Sequence record: MF063068.1
Origin: Pseudomonas phage Noxifer
Length of the DNA stretch: 40,000 nucleotides
Strand: one strand, 5' to 3'
Shown here: one piece after another, positions 34,301-40,000 of the stretch
Numbering within the stretch: the stretch's first letter is position 1
How the letters are laid out: each line of letters begins with the position of its first letter
Notes under the pieces: model-generated
The model's input: the letters and a program-made list of their open reading frames with translations, nothing else
The model's database searches: none
Told to the model about the DNA's origin: nothing
Made by a program: the position numbers and the translations under genes

Positions 34301-35865
34301 ACTGGGCAGTTGTAGGAAGTGATGCCGGTCATCGCAACGAGGTTCTCGTCGATGTAGGCTTCAACCTTCTCGTTGAATTCAGTGATCAGCTCGTCCGAGG
34401 AATACACATCGGAAAGCATGTCGGCGATGAACTCCTTCTCTTTCGAGAGGATCACATAGCCTTCTGGTGTTGACTCGTCGATATCGACGATGGCAGTAAC
34501 CCAGTGAGCGTATTCACGCGCCGCGGTGGATTCGGCCAGCTGTTCGATAAAGGCTGCGCGGTTGCGGCCTTCTGGTGGTTCGTTGAATGCACCCTGCGAC
34601 ATCTCGATGATGCCGTTGAGCCAGGTGCGACCCAGGTCTTCGTGCTCGTAGACATCCGGGCAACCCAACAGGAAGCCCATCTGACCTACTTGGATCAGCT
34701 TCTCACGACCCAGGACGTGATGACCTTTGTAGGTATCGATGTCGTCTTTGGTGCGTGGTGCACGGGAGTCGATACGATGCGACATATGGCGTTTCTGCCA
34801 TGGCGTCAGCGCGTTGGTGTCAACCCACCAGAAGTTCACCACCTGGAACAGCTCTTTGGTGATGTGGTCGCATTTGCCGAGATCGGCAACGCACGGGTTG
34901 GCGTAGACGTAACCGGCTGGATACAGCGTAGCAGCCAGACCGATAATGATGCCCGGGATGTCACGGGTGTCGATCATCGGCTTGAGGTCAGTCGGGGTAG
35001 TAAAGGCCACGTTGGCATTGGTGACGTGCTGGAGGGCAAAGTCAACCACGATGGTCTTGATGAAGTGCGAGACGTTGGAGAACGCCAGACCACGGGTTTC
35101 AGAACCCACGTTAACCTTGACGTTAGCCACGTCTTGGTTCATGGACGTCAGTGCGATCAGCGATGGTGCCTTGAAGCGCAACCAGATGCCCGAGTGCCAC
35201 AGTGGAATATCAACAGTACCACCGACACCTGCTTTACGGGTGACGTAGGACTTGAGCTCTTCCATGGTGTACTTGCCGGACGGGTCCAGACGCTGTACAG
35301 GAATACCACCGCCGACTTGCTTACCGTCAACGTCAACGGTCTGAGACCAGAAGGCGCCTTCACGGTGCAACGAAGCCAAGTGCAGGTCAGCAGGATCAAG
35401 CATACGCGACAGCGCACCCAGGATCAGACGCAGGTGTGGGTTACCCTGGTCATCTGGGATAGTGTCGTGCGTACGGGACAGGGTGTTGGCCAGTTGCTTC
35501 TCGGACAGGATCATGCGATCCATGACCTGACTGTTCTGTTCCAACACCTGCTTGATCACGCCGGTGGTTTCCCGGATGATCGCCAGACACTCGCTCAGCG
35601 AAGGCTCTTCACCTTCGATGGGTTTGGTCTGTGGACGACGGTTCGGGTTGATCTGTTGCTCTGGGGTAGTCGGTGTGAACGGTGCTACCTCAGGCAAAGG
35701 TTCAGCGTAGAAGTCTTCAGCCGGTGCAGCAGGATCAGCGGGTGCCACAGGCGGCGCAACATCACCTACGACGTTGGTATCACCCAACGCCGCTTCAGTT
35801 GGCTGTTCGGCAGGAGCCGCTGGGGCTACGCCTTCTTCCTTACCCTGATCTTCAGGCAGTTGCAT
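34183..35865 (-). CDS. Putative virion protein, 560 aa, Ala/Pro/Glu-rich N-terminus and C-terminal CPVC
   Basis: Complete ORF; small overlap with the upstream gene. Confidence 0.7.
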   Translation of the reverse strand: MQLPEDQGKEEGVAPAAPAEQPTEAALGDTNVVGDVAPPVAPADPAAPAEDFYAEPLPEVAPFTPTTPEQQINPNRRPQTKPIEGEEPSLSECLAIIRETTGVIKQVLEQNSQVMDRMILSEKQLANTLSRTHDTIPDDQGNPHLRLILGALSRMLDPADLHLASLHREGAFWSQTVDVDGKQVGGGIPVQRLDPSGKYTMEELKSYVTRKAGVGGTVDIPLWHSGIWLRFKAPSLIALTSMNQDVANVKVNVGSETRGLAFSNVSHFIKTIVVDFALQHVTNANVAFTTPTDLKPMIDTRDIPGIIIGLAATLYPAGYVYANPCVADLGKCDHITKELFQVVNFWWVDTNALTPWQKRHMSHRIDSRAPRTKDDIDTYKGHHVLGREKLIQVGQMGFLLGCPDVYEHEDLGRTWLNGIIEMSQGAFNEPPEGRNRAAFIEQLAESTAAREYAHWVTAIVDIDESTPEGYVILSKEKEFIADMLSDVYSSDELITEFNEKVEAYIDENLVAMTGITSYNCPVCNSPAATEFKKRFENIVPVDPLAEFFMLASRKLNRILS

Positions 35866-36394
35866 TGGCCTTCTCCTCCAGAACCGGCAGGTATTCCTTT
35901 TCCAGGGTCGCTGCCAGCGACTGCATCAACGGCTGGATGCCGTCTTCATAGTGGGACGACAGTTTGCTGTAGCCGTCAGCCAACAGCAGCACGTCGCTGT
36001 GGTCTTCAGGTGCCGGAGCGCCGGTCTTGTCTTTGTGCGCAGCGTACAGCGAACCCAGGTTGCTGTTGTAGTTGCTGATGTCTACGCAAAGGGTGTTGAA
36101 GCCCTTGTTGAAACCTTCCGGGTCGGTCAGGTGTTGTTTGATGTCGGTCATATCGCGCTTAACAGGGATAACCCACTGCGCGGTATTCAGGATCAGGCCA
36201 CCGCAGTTACGGTAGAGCTCCTTGAGGATGTCGTAGCCCATATCGGACTTCAGTGCTTCGTCGGCAGCAACGGCGCCCATGTCGGCGACTTGAGCTGCGA
36301 CTTCTTGTTGTTCGGCTGGAGCCAGTGTTGCAAATTGTTCCAGTTTCTGTTGGTCCGGTACGACGATAGCGTTACCGGCGATCAGCTCGCTCAT
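35852..36394 (-). CDS. Hypothetical phage protein, 180 aa (MSELIAGNAIVVPDQQKLEQF...)
   Basis: ORF 35852-36457; internal ATG at 36394 has upstream AAGGAT and is preferred. Confidence 0.7.
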   Translation of the reverse strand: MSELIAGNAIVVPDQQKLEQFATLAPAEQQEVAAQVADMGAVAADEALKSDMGYDILKELYRNCGGLILNTAQWVIPVKRDMTDIKQHLTDPEGFNKGFNTLCVDISNYNSNLGSLYAAHKDKTGAPAPEDHSDVLLLADGYSKLSSHYEDGIQPLMQSLAATLEKEYLPVLEEKANATA

Positions 36395-36473
36395 CCTTAT
36401 CTCCCAAGGCGTAAATGCACGATGACATATATATTGCTTAACTAGGTAAAAACCCACGGAGGTGTAAAACTTT

Positions 36474-36503
36474 ATGAGTATCTCTATTTTGCGGAAGGTG
36501 TAG
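36474..36503 (+). CDS. Nine-codon leader ORF MSISILRKV
   Basis: Near-ideal GGAGGTG RBS upstream; stop one base before the next ATG. Confidence 0.4.
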   Translation: MSISILRKV

Positions 36504-36504
36504 C

Positions 36505-37356
36505 ATGCAAGACATGTTCAAAGAACGTCTCGGTAACCGGATGCCAATGGAGCAACTGGAACAAGGCCTGAGTATCATCGCATTGTTCGAGGACGTAGGC
36601 TTTACCGCGCCATTCGAACCACTTCAAGAGATTATGGAAGTCGGTACTTCTGTGATCGATAACGAGCAGTACGTTTCGCGGGTACTGACGTGCCTGTCTG
36701 ACAGCTGTGACGATCTGCTCAAAGCCTTTGGTGTGGAAGTCACTGAGTCCACCCCACTTCAGTTCAAACTGGACTGCGGCTTGACCCTGATCAAACTGCC
36801 TAACTACTACCTCCCGGTGGAAGTACTGGCTATCATCGAATCGTCTAACGACAAAGAAGCCACACTGGCTGAGTTGATTGAACTCACCCAAGGCGTGATC
36901 GTTGAAGAGTCGTTGGAATACATCTACGACGTCAATGACGCACTCATTCCAAAGCTGGCCGCTGAGATGCGTAAGAAGTACGAACTCGAAGAGGCGTTGA
37001 ACCTCAGCAACGAAGAGATCGTGATTGACCGCAATCGCATCACCAACATCAACCGTCTGTTGCAGGACTTCCGGGCCAAGGATCACCTGACCTGTTTGAC
37101 CGAACTGTTGGATGCTGGTGCCAAGATTGGCGCCGACTACATGTCGCTGGTGAACCAGTACGTCACACCACTAACGTTCATGCCAGCGGATCATATGACC
37201 ATTGAACTGCTGGGCTTGGCCCTCTTCAGCAATCTGCCTGCTGAGGAATGGGCACCTGCTGCCCAGAAAGCCGCCGGCGAGTTCACGGATCTATTGTCCG
37301 ACCATCGCAAGATCGAAATGGCTCTCAACGAGTACAAGGTCTTCTTCGAGATGTGA
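36505..37356 (+). CDS. Hypothetical phage protein, 283 aa
   Basis: Complete ORF, GAAGGTG RBS. Confidence 0.8.
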   Translation: MQDMFKERLGNRMPMEQLEQGLSIIALFEDVGFTAPFEPLQEIMEVGTSVIDNEQYVSRVLTCLSDSCDDLLKAFGVEVTESTPLQFKLDCGLTLIKLPNYYLPVEVLAIIESSNDKEATLAELIELTQGVIVEESLEYIYDVNDALIPKLAAEMRKKYELEEALNLSNEEIVIDRNRITNINRLLQDFRAKDHLTCLTELLDAGAKIGADYMSLVNQYVTPLTFMPADHMTIELLGLALFSNLPAEEWAPAAQKAAGEFTDLLSDHRKIEMALNEYKVFFEM

Positions 37357-37358
37357 AC

Positions 37359-38744
37359 ATGAACAAGCGTGAGTTCTTTCTCAAGGGGTTACTGTCCGGG
37401 GCGTGCAAAAAGCGCGCCTGGGTCATGGGGTGCTTCAGCTACATCGTCAAAGACGGTCCGCGGCATCTGTTCCCCGATTACCCTTACCGGCTGTTTAAGG
37501 TCGGTGAGGAGCTCCACTTCCTCAACCCCGACGCCGTCGATACGGTACCCGCGACTGAGTCTTACCCAGCGGGCTTGACCAAGATCGAGGACTACGTTCC
37601 CGGCGAGCCATTGTTCGAGTGGCTTGAAGAGTTCACACTCAATCCTCGGGACATCGCCAACGCGGACTTCAGTGCGCCAGTAGTGACCACACCCGGTAAC
37701 ATACTGGTGAATCACCTGTGCTTCTGTTTGCCCTTTGGCGACATCATTCCTTATCAGCTTGGCAACATCAATGCGGGTAAGATCAACGACCAGATTCTCA
37801 ACCTGCTGGTGGATGACCCAGATCCGGATGACGGTGAGTCGTTTCACCCTGAAGGCAAGATCTACGTTCGGCAGATGTTGATGTACAACGAGTATGCCCT
37901 AAGCTTGACGGCATGGTCCGAAGACAACGTCACCTCGATTACACCGAAGTCGATCACTGGCCACCCTGACCGTCACAAAGTCAAGGCTGAGTTGATGGAG
38001 CAATACAAGGATCAACTCGACGATCCTTCAATCATTGCCCGTATCGGTAATATCCTGGAAGAGCTGGACATGGAGTACCTGAAGGACGACCCTTCATTTA
38101 ACTTCTATATGTCTAAGCGCGCCAAGATGTTCTCCGGTTCGCGTAAGAAACAATTCTACATGTTCGGTGGTGAAGACCCCTTCGGCGACGGTACGTCTGT
38201 GACGTTCATCAGTCGTTCGCTGGAAGAAGGGATCGACATCAACAACCTACCGACGATGATCAACGCACAACGTGCGGGTTCCTTTAACCGTGGTTTCCAG
38301 ACTCGTCTGGGCGGTGAGGTAACCAAGACCATCTACCGGATGCTGGGTACGACCAAGATTGAAGTGGGCGACTGTGGCGCCAAGATCGGTATCCCTGTGT
38401 TCATCAATCCACTTTATACCAAACGCTTTGTGGGTCACTACTACGTGGAAGCCGGTGTTACACATCGGATCGACGAGCAGAAGTCTCAAGCGTTAGCAGG
38501 CAAATGGGTAGACATGCGTGAACCCATGGCCTGTAAACAAGACTCCAACCGTGTCGGTGATGAACCGGGTAAAGGGAAGAACATCTGCTCAATCTGTGCA
38601 GGTGACGCCCTCTCGGAAATGCCCGACGGTATTCCTGCTGCTTCGGCAGCGGTCGGTGGTCGCTTCTTGACATTGTTCTTGAAGAAGATGCATGCCAGTG
38701 CGTTGAAGACCACCAAGTGGAACTTCATGCAACACATTCACTAA
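37359..38744 (+). CDS. Candidate virion RNAP beta' C-terminal subunit (phiKZ gp80-like), 461 aa
   Basis: ICSICAGDALSEMPDGIPAASAAVGGRFLTLFLKKMHASALKT resembles the beta' CxxC...G-x-x-A-A-x-x-x-G-x...FH region. Also NNLPTMINAQRAGSFNRGFQTRLGGEVTKTIYRMLGTTKIEVGDCG. Order after nvRNAP gp74-like and helicase fits phiKZ. Track start 37248 is internal to the previous gene. Confidence 0.72.
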   Translation: MNKREFFLKGLLSGACKKRAWVMGCFSYIVKDGPRHLFPDYPYRLFKVGEELHFLNPDAVDTVPATESYPAGLTKIEDYVPGEPLFEWLEEFTLNPRDIANADFSAPVVTTPGNILVNHLCFCLPFGDIIPYQLGNINAGKINDQILNLLVDDPDPDDGESFHPEGKIYVRQMLMYNEYALSLTAWSEDNVTSITPKSITGHPDRHKVKAELMEQYKDQLDDPSIIARIGNILEELDMEYLKDDPSFNFYMSKRAKMFSGSRKKQFYMFGGEDPFGDGTSVTFISRSLEEGIDINNLPTMINAQRAGSFNRGFQTRLGGEVTKTIYRMLGTTKIEVGDCGAKIGIPVFINPLYTKRFVGHYYVEAGVTHRIDEQKSQALAGKWVDMREPMACKQDSNRVGDEPGKGKNICSICAGDALSEMPDGIPAASAAVGGRFLTLFLKKMHASALKTTKWNFMQHIH

Positions 38745-38787
38745 TTTGGCCATGCTATGTGGTCTTTGTTAATACCGAGGATATGAC

Positions 38788-40000
38788 ATGAGTGATCCAA
38801 CCCAACCGAATCAGGAGCAACAAGATGCCCCTGCACCAGAAAGCTTCGGCTCTACCACTACCCCAGCTGACATCTCGACTGAAGTCAAAGGCGCTGAAAC
38901 TCCAGCCGGTGATCAACCTGACGCTGGACCTGCTGCCGCTGATAGCGCCGCAGACCAGACTGGTGCGACTCCTGCCGAAGGTGCTGCTGGCGGTGAAGAT
39001 GGCCCAAATCCTGACGCCAATGTTCCGCCGGAAACTCCAGAAGAAGTCGACGTCGTAGGTCTGGCTCGTACTTCCTACGAAATCCCGGCTGACGTCACTG
39101 ACGGTCTGGTTGTTGAATTCCTGCAAGCCTACGGCGGTGGTGCCAACGAGCTGCGTCTGGGTGAGTGGTCCACTGAGCTGTTGCTCGCTGTACTGCAAGG
39201 CAAGTTCCGCTTCCCAGAAGCCGAGCTCAAGAACCTGATCGTGGTCTATCGTCAACGCGTAGAACTCCCAGCCGCGTGGAACGATCAAAGCGTGATCAAC
39301 TTCCTGCGCACTGGCCAAGAGCCGAAGCTGACCTCCACCAACGTGTGGCTGGTTGACGTGACCCGTAGCGGCCGTACTCCGGCCGAGTGGTCGACTGCTG
39401 AACTCGAAGCCTGGGCCAAGGGCGAAATCCAAGCCGGTGGCAAGTCCCACGACAACGGCATCGCGCTGGAACTGAAAGCCCGTCTGGGCCTCAAGTCCGA
39501 AGACTCGCCGAAGTCGGTACGCAAGGCCTATCGCGCCCTGTCGCCAGAAGACCTCATCAAGATCGCAGGCGCTGAAGCTTCTACCCCTGTGGTGGTTGAT
39601 GCGGCCAGCGACGAAACCGAACAGCTGCAACAAGCGAAAGCTGTTGTGGCGAAACTCGAAACCGTAGAAGGACTGAGCTCCGTGGACGTAGCAATGATCG
39701 ACGACGGCCTGAAGCGCTTCATCGAAGCCACACCGCCGAACCGTAACATCCTGGAAGACCGTGCCCTCAAAGCACAGAACGATCTGGACACCCTGTTCCA
39801 GTACATCATCAGCCGTGAGCCTCAGGGCATGGTGGCTGGCCTGGAGCGTTTGAAGGTGACCTTCAAGCAGCAAATGGTCAAAGGCGGTGTGTTCGACTTC
39901 AACAACGTCTTCCGCTTCACGCACCTGATGCGCAGCGATAACAAGCGTCAGCAGCGCCACGTCGGCCTGCTGGAACTGATGCGTGTGTACTTCGCTGATG
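38788..40000 (+). CDS. Putative virion protein with acidic Pro/Ala-rich N-terminus, truncated by the window edge (MSDPTQPNQEQQDAPAPESFGSTTTPADIST...)
   Basis: My own translation is open from ATG 38788 to the window end; missing from the track because no stop lies within the window. Confidence 0.8.
   Translation, partial: MSDPTQPNQEQQDAPAPESFGSTTTPADISTEVKGAETPAGDQPDAGPAAADSAADQTGATPAEGAAGGEDGPNPDANVPPETPEEVDVVGLARTSYEIPADVTDGLVVEFLQAYGGGANELRLGEWSTELLLAVLQGKFRFPEAELKNLIVVYRQRVELPAAWNDQSVINFLRTGQEPKLTSTNVWLVDVTRSGRTPAEWSTAELEAWAKGEIQAGGKSHDNGIALELKARLGLKSEDSPKSVRKAYRALSPEDLIKIAGAEASTPVVVDAASDETEQLQQAKAVVAKLETVEGLSSVDVAMIDDGLKRFIEATPPNRNILEDRALKAQNDLDTLFQYIISREPQGMVAGLERLKVTFKQQMVKGGVFDFNNVFRFTHLMRSDNKRQQRHVGLLELMRVYFAD

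Noticed and set aside
34504-36078. 524-aa plus-strand ORF
   Set aside because: Antisense to the 560-aa and 180-aa minus genes. Biased composition; spans both genes.
38755-39960. 401-aa minus-strand ORF
   Set aside because: Antisense to the open plus-strand CDS from 38788 that runs off the window.
1-40000. tRNAs, CRISPR array, transposase or inverted-repeat mobile element, self-splicing intron
   Set aside because: Looked for by eye and saw no cloverleaf with a canonical TTCRANNC arm, no regularly spaced direct repeats, no IS-like termini with transposase, and no interruption in the polymerase genes. A tRNAscan/Infernal run would be needed for certainty.

Overview
The window looks like a 40 kb segment of a phiKZ-like, nucleus-forming (Chimalliviridae-type) Pseudomonas jumbo phage. 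This rests on motif reading and remembered phiKZ gene order; no database search was run. It carries separate pieces of two phage multisubunit RNA polymerases. Non-virion RNAP pieces: beta'-N with NADFDGD at 13107-14579, a candidate fifth (gp68-like) subunit at 21069-22628, beta-C at about 26050-28188, and beta'-C at 28206-30182. Virion-type RNAP piece: a candidate beta'-C at 37359-38744. Other recognisable genes are a family-B DNA polymerase fragment with DTDS but no visible motif A (5378-7549), a candidate phage-nucleus shell protein (ChmA/chimallin, 11145-13022) directly upstream of beta'-N, a calcineurin-like/SbcD-Mre11-like phosphoesterase, a glycine-rich SSB-like protein with an acidic tip, an SF2 helicase, and a secreted TAXI/TRAP solute-receptor-like protein. 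Most remaining genes are unknown, probably early or virion proteins. Points worth follow-up are the recurrent TATATCA[TC]..TCGTG intergenic element, the recurrent CATAA/hairpin/TTATG terminator module, a 41-aa miniprotein sharing its C-terminus with its neighbour, a 51-aa acidic microprotein upstream of ChmA, a 9-codon leader ORF, and three genes missing or obscured in the supplied ORF track (both window edges and 25609-25977). Many long antisense ORFs in the track appear to be shadow frames.
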